A DNA stretch of 64,000 bases from a virus. Positions 53,501-63,078 of the stretch are shown one piece after another. A model generated the notes under the pieces. It ran no database searches and was not told where the DNA came from. It was given only the letters and a program-made list of their open reading frames with translations. The position numbers and the translations under genes are program-made. Every line of letters begins with the position of its first letter. Position 1 is the first letter of the stretch. The stretch is from positions 32,833 through 96,832 of IMG/VR virus record IMGVR_UViG_3300008107_000029; one strand, given 5' to 3'.

Positions 53501-54727
53501 AAAATTGCTATCTTCTTTCCAAGACTCAGCGTACATCTCTTTTAAGGGAACATTGAAAGATGAGGTGCCATCATTAAGAGTTTGATAAACCTTAATCTTT
53601 GTATTCTTATGCATTGAGTCGTACAGCATTGTTGATGTATTTGTATTTAAGAACATATTGTTTTCATTAGAAAGGGTAATCTCCCCAGTGCCAATAGTGA
53701 CTCCACCCACTGGCAAACCAACTGGATTATCTGGAACACTTGTCTTAAACGATATATTAGACACATAGTCTGTAAGGTTTACAGTTAGTTTTGGAGATAA
53801 TTCTATTAATTCAAATGGGATGTCTGGTGCAGACATTGATTCTACTACCAGCCTTAATCCATAAATCTTAACGGCCTGGTCGCTTGTAATAGATAAATCT
53901 GTTACTGGCTTTGGTGTAAACTCACTAGTTAAAATCTTCCAAGTGTTATCGGCATCGGTATCAAAGTAGATCTCTAGAACACCATTGCTATTCTTTGTTG
54001 GAATTCCAACTGTGTCTGGCAAAACATCGAAGGCTGTTGTCCATACATTTGTAGCATTAAGGAATTGAATCTTATACTGTAGCGGAACCCCAAGATGTGT
54101 TTGATGTACAACTCTAATTGTATTTGTCCATACACCATTTGTATACTTTACAAACGGAGCAATCTTTCCTTTTCCAGTAGAGCCAACCCGTATATCGTAC
54201 TTGGCATTAACAGCAGTTGTTTTAGATGTACCAAGAACTCCTTCTGTTGTAGACCCAAATCTTGCAGAGGTCCAGTAGGTAAAGTCTTGATTATAAGAAC
54301 CAAGATAAGGCTTGTTTATACTTGTTGTGCTCTTGTCTAGGTCATTAACATTAAGAAGGTAAAACATTGGAATGTTAGATCCAAGAGCCATTGGTCTTAC
54401 AACACCTGCTGTTGGTCTAAAATTGTCAAAGCAACTTTCTAGATTATAATATTTATTTAGTTTGGTATTGTCAAACTCTTCTTCTGTAATTACACCTGCA
54501 TTATCAACTGAGTCATAGTACACCTTGTGGTTGCCTGATGAGTAGTTCAGCCCCTTTGTATAGGTTGAGTCTACTAAAACTTGATCGTAGTTTCCAAAGT
54601 CTTCAATTGTTGCAATGCCATTATGGTTCCATTGACCAACGACATAGTGAGTAGACTCTATTGAGTTTGAATTCTTTAGTTTATTTTTGATTATTGTGTC
54701 TGAACCAGAAGGAGTTATGTTAAGCAA
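50564..54727 (-). CDS. large minor tail (tail tip/hub) protein
   Basis: 1387 aa, second gene after TMP; C-terminal YG......YIQT..QA..L and P.LEIGD.V pattern. Confidence 0.78.
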   Translation of the reverse strand: MLNITPSGSDTIIKNKLKNSNSIESTHYVVGQWNHNGIATIEDFGNYDQVLVDSTYTKGLNYSSGNHKVYYDSVDNAGVITEEEFDNTKLNKYYNLESCFDNFRPTAGVVRPMALGSNIPMFYLLNVNDLDKSTTSINKPYLGSYNQDFTYWTSARFGSTTEGVLGTSKTTAVNAKYDIRVGSTGKGKIAPFVKYTNGVWTNTIRVVHQTHLGVPLQYKIQFLNATNVWTTAFDVLPDTVGIPTKNSNGVLEIYFDTDADNTWKILTSEFTPKPVTDLSITSDQAVKIYGLRLVVESMSAPDIPFELIELSPKLTVNLTDYVSNISFKTSVPDNPVGLPVGGVTIGTGEITLSNENNMFLNTNTSTMLYDSMHKNTKIKVYQTLNDGTSSFNVPLKEMYAESWKEDSNFEVSGELYDFMKFLQSKSSNDIFISNPNVPVTLAIQSMLHNIGHTNFRILTNSNSVDSIQYFFSSREKTIAEVLSDIASATQSAIFIDANGNLTFASREYLMNPEAPESWWITTEDIDVVAGVASKPSFNSNPYSGSYAVTDVDYLANVSSLQKVLSDVVNDGDVAYKPRSWKSYQALPTDTFSNAAKKDIGVNPFAFQSKASFQKVWSPGNRSSDGEGSSNSENILAGSCLMDTLKSGRLTDKTITVLKSEIASNPYSTLNDLLTAKVLSTTTIDDKTKYINLSSLDMYTFPYSGYLRIDNEYVEFKGIEYIKVPVSKKGYSVNKYSRATNVITLNTVEPHSLNINDSIVITGTSDINGVYSITATPDDLTIKFNKTGSDIAEKYGPYNSMIMSNIAPIKYMVFSDVDKINNQESSKVGDVALTTGRIALKLEFEQTSSTSTEITYKVVSDGRGKFGTTPKEHIGMNSSSALTSEWTNASIHMYDAAMRFNASPNSNNNGFSVQRSNESQVLDNIGSITTGAVVITGTKMNSGGDISEWYESVIDGDLTGLEAEMVKSMKLTQKEDAIIQGCYKKLDHVYTSYSARLAILQSQSRSSNLENLSNVPVAGIGIHVNTTTGEGYYLEFGASGGRTLIDNNLRFYKVYSSAGMLKVKVLFVGTIENVNQNVITPFGDLSTSGADTGWTNLKVNVGTDNTFEIAAQNYIVGTVRDSSPLPKTNNIMMFVRGDGIAIFDKISAMSDPNNTLVDLPSYGKFNVYNAGNEDYTAVENSASRYYESFGKDVNELKLYDFKYNATPILRSVVSDLSSVGAGYVIEELNTNSFGGKLKLRNKTGRTIILSDGTKNEVGIYGVIMKEDPGKRVTASGLLSDKSLKTMFLDSINQSKRKYGLKTFNIASDYIQTQAQASKLMQWILDKCSKPFNIVDVDIFPNPFLEIGDFVKIYTEKHSVPSSKFVITSIEYKVDSNGPDMSIELREVR

Positions 54728-55297
54728 TTACGCCTCCGTAAGGCTCATAGTGACATTCCAGAGGTCATTATATTTACCTCTTTTTACTACAGTATAAGAA
54801 AAGTCGTCAAAGAAAACTGGGACAACTTCTGAAGGTTTAGTTAACTTATCAAATCTTGTATTGTCTGATCCCATTGAATGGACCTTATCATAAACAAGAG
54901 TCATGTAGAACTGCCCCTTACTGTTCTCATACCAAGAAAGCATGTCATCGCCTGCTAAGTATCTTGTGTTTTGCTGAACATCTGCGTTGTCAAAATATCT
55001 TTCAGAAATAAATGAAAGATCTTGATTTAGTGGGTTGATAGATCTTGATGGGATTAGGTCCCATGAAATATTAAATTTTCTTTTATCTGCAATAAAATAA
55101 GATCGCATCTTACCGTTAATCATTCTTTTACGGTTTTCGATTCTATCAAAAGAAATGTCTAGGGGCTTTCGGTTATCGTCAGTTAGGTAGTAAAAATCAC
55201 CCTCTAGCAGGTTAGTAGTAATGTTTAGCGTTGGCTGTGCTGTTGAGAATGCCATGATCGAGGGACGTGCCCATTTCTTATCACCAAATGTTGCCAT
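54728..55297 (-). CDS. distal tail protein-like
   Basis: Directly after TMP; RIE.RKRMING.MRSY.IADK; W.V.MSL.E end. Confidence 0.7.
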   Translation of the reverse strand: MATFGDKKWARPSIMAFSTAQPTLNITTNLLEGDFYYLTDDNRKPLDISFDRIENRKRMINGKMRSYFIADKRKFNISWDLIPSRSINPLNQDLSFISERYFDNADVQQNTRYLAGDDMLSWYENSKGQFYMTLVYDKVHSMGSDNTRFDKLTKPSEVVPVFFDDFSYTVVKRGKYNDLWNVTMSLTEA

Positions 55298-58200
55298 TAT
55301 GACCTACCTACTCTTCTAGATTTAATTGTATCATTAATTCTAGCAATAACTTGACTTGCAATAGCATTTGGATTTTGATTGCTGTTAATTGTAACATTAA
55401 TTGTTGTTTTATCTCCACCAACAGTTGTAACTGAAACCATTCCTTGGTCGCCAGATGGTTGTGGGACTGAGTATTGTGGACCCATTAATTCTCTAGTTGT
55501 TGGAGCAGGCAATACCATTTCTCCTCTGTGTAGCATTGCTGGAGTTCCATCATTCTTAACAATACCACCTTGACGCAATGGTAAATAGTTTTTAGGATCT
55601 ACATAGTTTCCATCCTTCATCATTCCAAGGTGAAGGTGTGGTCCAGTTGAAAGTCTTCCCATTTCAGAAGCATTTCCAACACGTCCTAATGTGCTTCCTG
55701 CGTTTACATTTCCTGATGCTAATCCATTTGGAGACATATGGTAGTATTCACTATCAAAGCCGTTAGGATGTCTTACAAGAACTTTACCTCCAACGTCTGG
55801 TCCAACACTACTTGAAATTACTTTACCTGGTCCAATTGATGGAACTGCATCTCCAGGTTGCATTCCAAAGTCTATTCCATTGTGCATCTTATTTTCTCTT
55901 GTTACTGGATGAATTCTCATGCCGTATGGACTTGTCATTGCTCCTGGTGGTTTAATAAATCCACTTGAACTTGGAGATCCATAACTAACATTCTCTCCTG
56001 CAGCAATATTAAGAGCCTTCATTCTTAACATATCCATAGGAAGTTGCTGTGTTCTTAATAGAGAGACTGCTGAGTTGGTTCCTACTTCATTCTTGTTGTG
56101 TATCGCTTGAGGAATTCCTGCAGTTGCGTTAAATGGACTTAGTTCTCCACCAGTACCAGAGTTCATTGCCTCTAGTCGTCCTCTACCAATTCTGTTTACT
56201 GCATCTTTATTAAGAACAAACTCTCCACGCTCTAATGTCTTTAATGGCTCTGGATCATTTCCACCAACATATCCACCAGTATGCATAGTTCCAGTTAACT
56301 TCTTTAGATCAGCAAGGCCTGCTGTATTTGCAAGGTTGCCTAGACCCATATTGTTAAGAAGTTTATAAAGAGCATCGCCCTTTTCAATCTTTACATTTTT
56401 CTGACCAAGTGCCTTCTTAAGATCAAGGAAATTCTTTAGTTCTGATGAAGATAAACCTGCAGCCTTTGCAGCATTTTCATAGTAACTTGTAAATGCCTTT
56501 GGAATTGTTGCAGATGCATTCTTAAGGCTGGCTCCTACAGTCTTTGCAACTTGAGAAGTGTGCTTTTGAACAGCAGCGTTAACTGCATTTAAGTTTTGCT
56601 GAGTCCACTCTGAAGGATTCTTAGCGTATAAATCATCAATAGCACTGTTGGCAGCAGAATATCTTCTCTGCTCCATACGCATAAGTTCTTGAGTCTTTTC
56701 AATTTCCTTTTGCTTTCCTTCTATAAACTTTTCTGTAGCCTTTTGAATTGTCTCCATCTGCTCACGACGGAGTTTGATCATTTTTTGTTCTTGATCAATA
56801 ATGGCTTCCTGCTCATCTCTTCTAGCATTAAGAACCTTGTTTGCATTCTCTTGTCTAGTTGTAAGCATATCCTTCGCTTGCTCTCTTACATTAGCACCAG
56901 CGTTTCCTGCCATTGTTTCTCTAGCAGCCATAAATCCTTGAATGTCACCACGAGACAATGCACCAAGAGCATCGTACATAGTCTGTCTTTGTTGAGCGTT
57001 ATATTCTTCTTTCTTATTAATGGCATCTAGAGCATCTAGTTGTCCATCATAAAATTCATTAACAACATCTCTTTCTTTTTCAATTGCATCAATTTTTTCT
57101 TGAGCAGCATCAATTGTCTTTTCACGTTTATCAATTTCATTTTGAATTCCCTCAAGTTGCTTCTTTGTCGCTTCTTGTCGTTTCTTCATTGCCTTTTCAT
57201 CTGCAATGATTTCATCTTCCTTTGCAGTGATATAAGATCTATGGTTATCTTCTAAAGCCTTTTTAGCCTCATCTAAATCTGCTCTTAACGCAGTTTGCAT
57301 TGCTGTTGCAGCATTTGAGGCTGCGTCTGCCTTAATAGCAAAGTCTAATAACTGGTCTGTAACATTACTTAGATCCATGCCAGCCTGTGTTGCTATAATC
57401 ATCTTTAGTTTATTTTCAAATCCATCAGCCTTAAGGATGGCCTCAGCAAGAACTGGATTTGTTTCTTTAATACTATCTGCATAGTCATCTATGCCGTCTG
57501 CAACTGAAGAGGCAAAGAATCCTGTACCATCTGCTTTAACCTTTGCAATGATGTCACTAAAGGCTTTCATTGTTTCGATTGGTGCAGAGTCGTATGCCTT
57601 CATTAACGCCTCAACCCCTACGCCAAGAGCCTTGCCTTGATCTTGTGAGAAGAGGCTATCAAATGCACCAAAGAATCCCTTGCTGTCATCTAGTGAAGCC
57701 ATCACACCAGCCTGAAGTTGCTTTACAACATCTCCTGGTGTTTTAATTGCTTTTAATTCTGCAGTTACAGATAAAAGAATTGGTTCTTTTTCTGCTTGTC
57801 TTGCTACAGATGAAACAAGGTTTTGTGCTTGCTCTGCTGTAAATCCTTGTGAGATAAGGCTTGCGTAGAATGTTTTAAACTCGCTTTGAATTTCTGTCTT
57901 AGAAGTCATATCTTTTAACTTGCCGATAAGAGTACCAAAGTCAGACTTTGCTGCTTGATCTAATGCTGTAGTATCTTCAACTTCATTACCGAATGAGTCC
58001 CACGCTTCACGAAGTGAGTTTAATTGAATTCCAAATACTTTAGCAGACTCTGTTCCAGTAGCAAATGCTGCTGTCATTTCTTTGTTAGTATCTTTAATGT
58101 TCTTAACAAGAAGGGCTAGTGATACACCAATTGCAGCAACGGCAAGTCCAATTGGTCCAGACAAAGCAGTGAGCATTCTTCCACCCATTAGCATTGCTTG

Positions 58201-61200
58201 ACCCATTCCTCTACCTACTGCAGTCTTTCCTCCACCCTTTAACAATGCACCTTGTAAGCCTACCTTTTGACCTACGTTTGCTAGCATTCCTGCTTTTCCA
58301 CCAAGCCCTGCAACTGCTTTTAATGACATAGATGCAGCAGATAGGCCAAGAGCAAAAAGACTTAATTTGTTTGCAGTATTAGCAAGACGCTCATCAATAA
58401 TTCCAAGTGCTGGAAGCATAAAGGCTGCATTCATGCCCATAGACCCTGCCTTGGTTACAGCCTGAGATCCAGCCATCCTCTTAAGTTTGCTTACCTTGCC
58501 ATCTTTAATTTCTGCACCCTCTTCAGCAAGGGCTGCAGGAATAATCATTTCTCCTTCATGAACTCCTACTGGTGTGACTCCTGCTGGCATTGGAACCATA
58601 GTGTCTTTCTTTAATCTTCCAGCAGTTCTACCAGCAGCACCACGTTTCTTTGACGACATTGCTAGGCCTAATCTTGTTAAAAGATCAGCCTTGGTTTTCA
58701 TTCCACCTTTATAGAATCCAGTTGACTCTCTGTATTTAACTGCGGTACTTACCATCTTTCCAAGAGGAGTTCCAGTAAATCTTCCAATTGCTGCCATTGT
58801 TCTTGCACCTTTTAATGTTGTTGGGTGAATTCCACTAGCAAGTTTCTTTAATTCCGATCTATCAATTCCTAATGCTTTAAGTTCTGCATCACTCTTTTTT
58901 AACAATTCTGCAAAAGTTTTTTTGTTTGCTTCCATAAAAAGATTCATGTATCCAGCGTCTGGGGCAATGTTTGCCTGATCGTCCCAACGCTTCATTCCAG
59001 TTGCTGGATCTATATCTGGATTAATGTGAGATGAGTGAATCTGATATGCTGAGTTGTTCTCAATTCCAGTTTTCTTTTTGACATAATCAAATTCTGTTTC
59101 AAATATTTTTGCTGCTTCTTCTTTGTATCGTGCTGGCTTATATGGATCAGAACTCTTTCCTGAACCTCTACCACCACGCTCACGATCTAATCCCTTGAGA
59201 ATTCCACTTTCAGTTATGTTACCCTTTGCTGCTCTTCTATCAAGAATTCCAAGAACCTGTTCTCTTGTTCTAGAAGATCTTTTTCCGCTTGGAGTTATAT
59301 ATGTATACATTCCCGTTTCTGCATTAAACTCCATAGCGTCAAGAATATCTTGTACTGCCTGAGCACTTTGAATAGTTTTTGTAGGGTAAGACTTACCTTC
59401 AAAGTCAACAACTGGTGCAGTCTTTGGTGGTCTTAGTCCTTTAGCAAAGCCTGGGATGTTTCCATCAATAATTCCATTAATTAGTCCACCATACTTCTTT
59501 GTTTGCTTTGCTGGAATAACAGATTCTCCGTTAGACAACATTGCTGGAATAGAATCTGATGTTCCTGTTCCTGGTCCTCTAACAATTCCACCACTAGCAA
59601 GTTTCTTAGGATTCTTTCCTCTTCCAATAAGCATTCCTGGATTTACCATTGCTGTTGCTCTTAGGCTTGCACCATAACGTGCTAACTCAGCATTAAGTCT
59701 AGATAGGGCAACCGCTTGCTCTGTATAAGATACAGTCAAAGTGTCTGTTGCAACGTTTGCAGCCATTAGGTCTGCTGTTAATAATTCAAATTTTTGTACT
59801 GGTAAGCCAAGCATTCTTCTGCCAAGGTTTGTAAAGCCCATGGCCCCCTTGACCATGTATCCTACAAAGTTGCTTAGAAGACCAACAAGCATAATAATAG
59901 GACCTGCAATAACTGTAAATCCTGTAAATAGTTTTAAGAACTTTTGAACTGGACCTGGTAGATTATTAAATCCTTCTACAATGTTATTAATAATATCTGA
60001 GAACTGAGTCATGAATGGGATTACGGTACTTGTAATTGCCTCACCGACAGGAATAAGGGCTGCCTTGATTCCTTCCATTGCTCTTTGGAATCTCATAGAG
60101 GTGGATTCTGTTAAGGTCTTGATTTCACCATCTGCAATTTGTCCAAGTTCCTTTGTTGATGCACCCATAAGTTCCATAACTTTTTGAGTTTGAGATCCAG
60201 ACTCTCCAATGTTATCAAACAAAGCACCCATTCTAGCAAACTGGTACTTACCAAATACTGTTTCAATTGCTTGAGATCTTGTAAATTCATCTACACTATC
60301 AAGTGCTTGCTTAAAGGACATAACTGTAGGAATAAGTTCACCACGGTTTGCTTTAACAATTCCATCAATGTCAATACCAAAACCCATAAGTTGTTCTCTT
60401 GCTTGTCTTGTTGGGTTGATCAAAGAAGCCATACCAGACTTAATTGCGTTTGCTGCTTCTGCTGCTGGAATACCACCTTCACGCATTGCTGTAAGCATTA
60501 AGGCTAAGTCTTTGATATCACCACCAAGTCCACGAACAACTGGACCTGCTTTAGGAATTGCTTCTGTAAAATCTTGAAGGGTGGTTGATGTCTGGTTTTC
60601 AACTGCGTTTAGGAAGTTAATTGACTCAGCGAGTTCTTCTGTGTTTTGCTTAAAAGATGATTGCAATGCAAGAGTAGTTTTCATAGCATCTTGTCTGTCA
60701 ACTTCACCAAGAACTGCAAGGCGTGTAGTTTGTGCTACAGCCCCCACCAACTCTGCCCCTTCAAGACCTGTTGCTGCTATGTCTGCTGCTAAGGCTGCTG
60801 TTTCTTTTGCAGCGACACCATATGTAGAAGCGTAGGTTTTTGCCAAATCTAAAATTTGGCCTTTCATTTGTTCTGTTGCATTTCCATTTGCATCAACAAG
60901 ATCGGATCCATAGACCTTAGCAAATCTTGTTAGTTCGGCATCTACTTCTCTAAATGTTTTAGATACTGCTGCCCCAAAAACTGTAAGTGGTAGTGTTAAT
61001 CCAACCATCAACTGACGTCCAGCCCACTGAGTGTTCTTACCAAAGTTAATTAAGGAGGTTGCTCCATCACTTACTAACTTATTAAAGATAGACCATCTCT
61101 GGGCCGACATCTGAAGTTGAGTGTTATAGTCTTTTAAATTCAGTGCTGCAGGGGTAAAGACTGCTGCTTGTCCTTTACCTATCTGCACCATCTGAGACTG

Positions 61201-61554
61201 TAATACACGTACTTGCTGTTGAGCAAGACGCATTGCATTACTATTTTGCTTAAAAGCATTTCTTGACTCTTGGAAATACTCACGCATTGTGAGTTTATTT
61301 CTGGTGAGAGCCTGACCAAATTTGTCAGTTTGTGTTGTTAAGTCTACAACTGATGACTTAAATCCACCGACAGCACCTACTTGACCTAAAAAGGTTTGAG
61401 CAAGTGCTTTTTGTGTTCTTACTGAATTGGCATCAAGGGAGTTAAACTGTGCATTAAGAGCATTAACTTGACCAATAAGAGATTTGAGTTGGGCAAGCAA
61501 TGGAGCAAAATTAGCATCATACTGAAACGTAGTGTTAATATTGTTATCTGCCAT
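55297..61554 (-). CDS. tape measure protein with C-terminal M23 peptidase domain
   Basis: 2085 aa, helical TMP core, follows chaperones; HNGIDF...YYHM...TGPHLHL. Confidence 0.93.
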   Translation of the reverse strand: MADNNINTTFQYDANFAPLLAQLKSLIGQVNALNAQFNSLDANSVRTQKALAQTFLGQVGAVGGFKSSVVDLTTQTDKFGQALTRNKLTMREYFQESRNAFKQNSNAMRLAQQQVRVLQSQMVQIGKGQAAVFTPAALNLKDYNTQLQMSAQRWSIFNKLVSDGATSLINFGKNTQWAGRQLMVGLTLPLTVFGAAVSKTFREVDAELTRFAKVYGSDLVDANGNATEQMKGQILDLAKTYASTYGVAAKETAALAADIAATGLEGAELVGAVAQTTRLAVLGEVDRQDAMKTTLALQSSFKQNTEELAESINFLNAVENQTSTTLQDFTEAIPKAGPVVRGLGGDIKDLALMLTAMREGGIPAAEAANAIKSGMASLINPTRQAREQLMGFGIDIDGIVKANRGELIPTVMSFKQALDSVDEFTRSQAIETVFGKYQFARMGALFDNIGESGSQTQKVMELMGASTKELGQIADGEIKTLTESTSMRFQRAMEGIKAALIPVGEAITSTVIPFMTQFSDIINNIVEGFNNLPGPVQKFLKLFTGFTVIAGPIIMLVGLLSNFVGYMVKGAMGFTNLGRRMLGLPVQKFELLTADLMAANVATDTLTVSYTEQAVALSRLNAELARYGASLRATAMVNPGMLIGRGKNPKKLASGGIVRGPGTGTSDSIPAMLSNGESVIPAKQTKKYGGLINGIIDGNIPGFAKGLRPPKTAPVVDFEGKSYPTKTIQSAQAVQDILDAMEFNAETGMYTYITPSGKRSSRTREQVLGILDRRAAKGNITESGILKGLDRERGGRGSGKSSDPYKPARYKEEAAKIFETEFDYVKKKTGIENNSAYQIHSSHINPDIDPATGMKRWDDQANIAPDAGYMNLFMEANKKTFAELLKKSDAELKALGIDRSELKKLASGIHPTTLKGARTMAAIGRFTGTPLGKMVSTAVKYRESTGFYKGGMKTKADLLTRLGLAMSSKKRGAAGRTAGRLKKDTMVPMPAGVTPVGVHEGEMIIPAALAEEGAEIKDGKVSKLKRMAGSQAVTKAGSMGMNAAFMLPALGIIDERLANTANKLSLFALGLSAASMSLKAVAGLGGKAGMLANVGQKVGLQGALLKGGGKTAVGRGMGQAMLMGGRMLTALSGPIGLAVAAIGVSLALLVKNIKDTNKEMTAAFATGTESAKVFGIQLNSLREAWDSFGNEVEDTTALDQAAKSDFGTLIGKLKDMTSKTEIQSEFKTFYASLISQGFTAEQAQNLVSSVARQAEKEPILLSVTAELKAIKTPGDVVKQLQAGVMASLDDSKGFFGAFDSLFSQDQGKALGVGVEALMKAYDSAPIETMKAFSDIIAKVKADGTGFFASSVADGIDDYADSIKETNPVLAEAILKADGFENKLKMIIATQAGMDLSNVTDQLLDFAIKADAASNAATAMQTALRADLDEAKKALEDNHRSYITAKEDEIIADEKAMKKRQEATKKQLEGIQNEIDKREKTIDAAQEKIDAIEKERDVVNEFYDGQLDALDAINKKEEYNAQQRQTMYDALGALSRGDIQGFMAARETMAGNAGANVREQAKDMLTTRQENANKVLNARRDEQEAIIDQEQKMIKLRREQMETIQKATEKFIEGKQKEIEKTQELMRMEQRRYSAANSAIDDLYAKNPSEWTQQNLNAVNAAVQKHTSQVAKTVGASLKNASATIPKAFTSYYENAAKAAGLSSSELKNFLDLKKALGQKNVKIEKGDALYKLLNNMGLGNLANTAGLADLKKLTGTMHTGGYVGGNDPEPLKTLERGEFVLNKDAVNRIGRGRLEAMNSGTGGELSPFNATAGIPQAIHNKNEVGTNSAVSLLRTQQLPMDMLRMKALNIAAGENVSYGSPSSSGFIKPPGAMTSPYGMRIHPVTRENKMHNGIDFGMQPGDAVPSIGPGKVISSSVGPDVGGKVLVRHPNGFDSEYYHMSPNGLASGNVNAGSTLGRVGNASEMGRLSTGPHLHLGMMKDGNYVDPKNYLPLRQGGIVKNDGTPAMLHRGEMVLPAPTTRELMGPQYSVPQPSGDQGMVSVTTVGGDKTTINVTINSNQNPNAIASQVIARINDTIKSRRVGRS

Positions 61555-61924
61555 TGCCTACCACCTGATACCCCAATCCCATGTCTTCCGTGATACCTGC
61601 GTTAGCAGCATCAAGGATCGACTGATCGCCAGATAACTTTGCGTTAACTCTGGCATAAATTTCTTGTAGACTTGTTGGTTCCTCTGAGTCAGTTGCCTGA
61701 TCATCTCCTTCAAGATTTACACCTTGAAGTGCAGCGAGGAACTTATTATGTCTACCTTCTCTCTCATGCATTGCGGTTATTGTTGCCATAAGTTCTTTGA
61801 TTGAAAGACTAGACTCTAGTTGTTCGTAATCTTTCCAGTTTCCAAGAAGAAAAACCTCTGATACGAGGGGGGCTAAGTCAAGTTCCTCCCAACCGCTTCC
61901 TGAGCCTCCCTCAGTAGATTTGGG
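61544..61924 (-). CDS. tail assembly chaperone, frameshifted C-terminal part (GT-like)
   Basis: -1 frame open from the slippery site: ...GWEELDLAPLVSEVFLLGNWKDYEQLE...MATIT... Confidence 0.8.
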   Translation of the reverse strand, partial: PKSTEGGSGSGWEELDLAPLVSEVFLLGNWKDYEQLESSLSIKELMATITAMHEREGRHNKFLAALQGVNLEGDDQATDSEEPTSLQEIYARVNAKLSGDQSILDAANAGITEDMGLGYQVVGNGR

Positions 61925-62208
61925 TCGTTCAACTTGATATCAGCAGCCACCTCCAAGATTTTGTACATAGTCTGCAGATCAAGTAATTCTTCCAGTTGTT
62001 CTTTTGTTACATCTGGATTGAATTGACTAAATGCAATGTTCGTGCACTCCAGAAGAATATCAAGGAATTCATCCTCTGATTTTGCTTCTGCAGTTTTGTT
62101 CCATGTCGCCATTAAGCGACGTAAGTTTTTGATATTGATCGGTTTGATAGTAACAGTGCTACCATCTTGCAGTTCAATCTCAACTGTTTCGTAAACCTGT
62201 GTTGCCAT
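61873..62208 (-). CDS. tail assembly chaperone (G-like)
   Basis: Between major tail and TMP; AGGAGG SD. Confidence 0.85.
   Translation of the reverse strand: MATQVYETVEIELQDGSTVTIKPINIKNLRRLMATWNKTAEAKSEDEFLDILLECTNIAFSQFNPDVTKEQLEELLDLQTMYKILEVAADIKLNDPNLLREAQEAVGRNLT
61918..61924 (-). other. -1 ribosomal frameshift slippery site C CCA AAT
   Basis: XXXYYYZ heptamer in the correct phase (GAC CCA AAT), 135 nt upstream of and in frame with ATG 61789. Confidence 0.85.
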
Positions 62209-62260
62209 ATTTCCTCCTAAACGGTTATTCTTATTATACTAGGTGTTCTATCTTCAATAA

Positions 62261-62294
62261 GGAAGGGGGCACGGTTGTTACCGTGCCCCTCTCC
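62261..62294 (-). terminator. intrinsic terminator after major tail gene
   Basis: GGAGAGGGGCACGGT-AACA-ACCGTGCCCCCTTCC then TTATT. Confidence 0.85.
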
Positions 62295-62315
62295 AAACTT
62301 ATATTAAGTTGTAAA

Positions 62316-62990
62316 TCAGGCGTAAACTCTGTCTACGACCTTACCGAACAAGTCCTTAGAACTTGTATCTGTTGAGTTATGTGTTAGTAGTCTGAATGAG
62401 ACTGGGAAGACTGTTGCTTCGTTTCTACGTACTCCTACTGTTGTAGTTTCCATAGAGACTGCACGATATCCCCAATAAATTCTTTCTGCTTTTCCATTTG
62501 TTGTTGCTGCTGCCACTGAATCTGGTGCTGGACCGACTGCGACGATGGTACGCTCAATCGGAGCATATCCAAGGGCACCTGCGTTAACGTCCAACTTACG
62601 TGATTTAGTAGTAGAGTTAATTGCTGAACCTAGATCTGAGTCTGCACCTGATGTTGCTAGAAGCAAGTTCTCTAGTGTAGCCTCTGCTAGCGATGTAGCA
62701 AGGGTCACTCTCATAGACTGCTTGAAGATCTTTGCAACTTCGAGAAGTTGATCAACTTCGATTTCGCCGTAGTCTGGTTCGAATGACAATTCAATACCTT
62801 CTTGTGTAAAACCAACGTTACGGAATGCTCCGTTTGAGTTGGTGTAAGCGTTAATCTTAGTTGCTGCTGATTGTGATGGTGCTGTGTCAGATGTAAACAC
62901 TGACTCGTACTCAACTACTGAGTTCTCATTCTCTGAGACCCAAAATTCTGCTGCTCCTACGATAATATTTTTTGCATTACCTGTTGCCAT
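62316..62990 (-). CDS. major tail (tube) protein
   Basis: NIIVGAA, VGFT.EG.E..F.P.Y.EI.VDQ, LAEATLENL, FPV.FRLL; AGGAGGT SD; own terminator. Confidence 0.85.
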   Translation of the reverse strand: MATGNAKNIIVGAAEFWVSENENSVVEYESVFTSDTAPSQSAATKINAYTNSNGAFRNVGFTQEGIELSFEPDYGEIEVDQLLEVAKIFKQSMRVTLATSLAEATLENLLLATSGADSDLGSAINSTTKSRKLDVNAGALGYAPIERTIVAVGPAPDSVAAATTNGKAERIYWGYRAVSMETTTVGVRRNEATVFPVSFRLLTHNSTDTSSKDLFGKVVDRVYA

Positions 62991-63060
62991 ATTTTCTTTT
63001 CACCTCCTGTTATTTTTGACTTTTTAGACGGGGTGGTCTTTTACTGCTTCCTCAATGATA

Positions 63061-63069
63061 ATTTTAGCA
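63061..63069 (-). promoter_or_regulatory. extended -10 promoter for major tail gene
   Basis: TGCTAAAAT in the intergenic gap. Confidence 0.55.
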
Positions 63070-63078
63070 CGGTAATCT

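Noticed and set aside
264-62751. All plus-strand ORFs in the track (e.g. 264..623, 20382..20846, 27328..27774, 28241..28729)
   Set aside because: They are antisense shadows of well-supported minus-strand genes, with no SD or recognisable motifs.
12301-62914. Short alternative-frame minus-strand ORFs inside large genes (e.g. 12301..12567, 15136..15426, 31090..31425, 49283..49561)
   Set aside because: L/Q-rich off-frame translations produced by the codon bias of the host gene.
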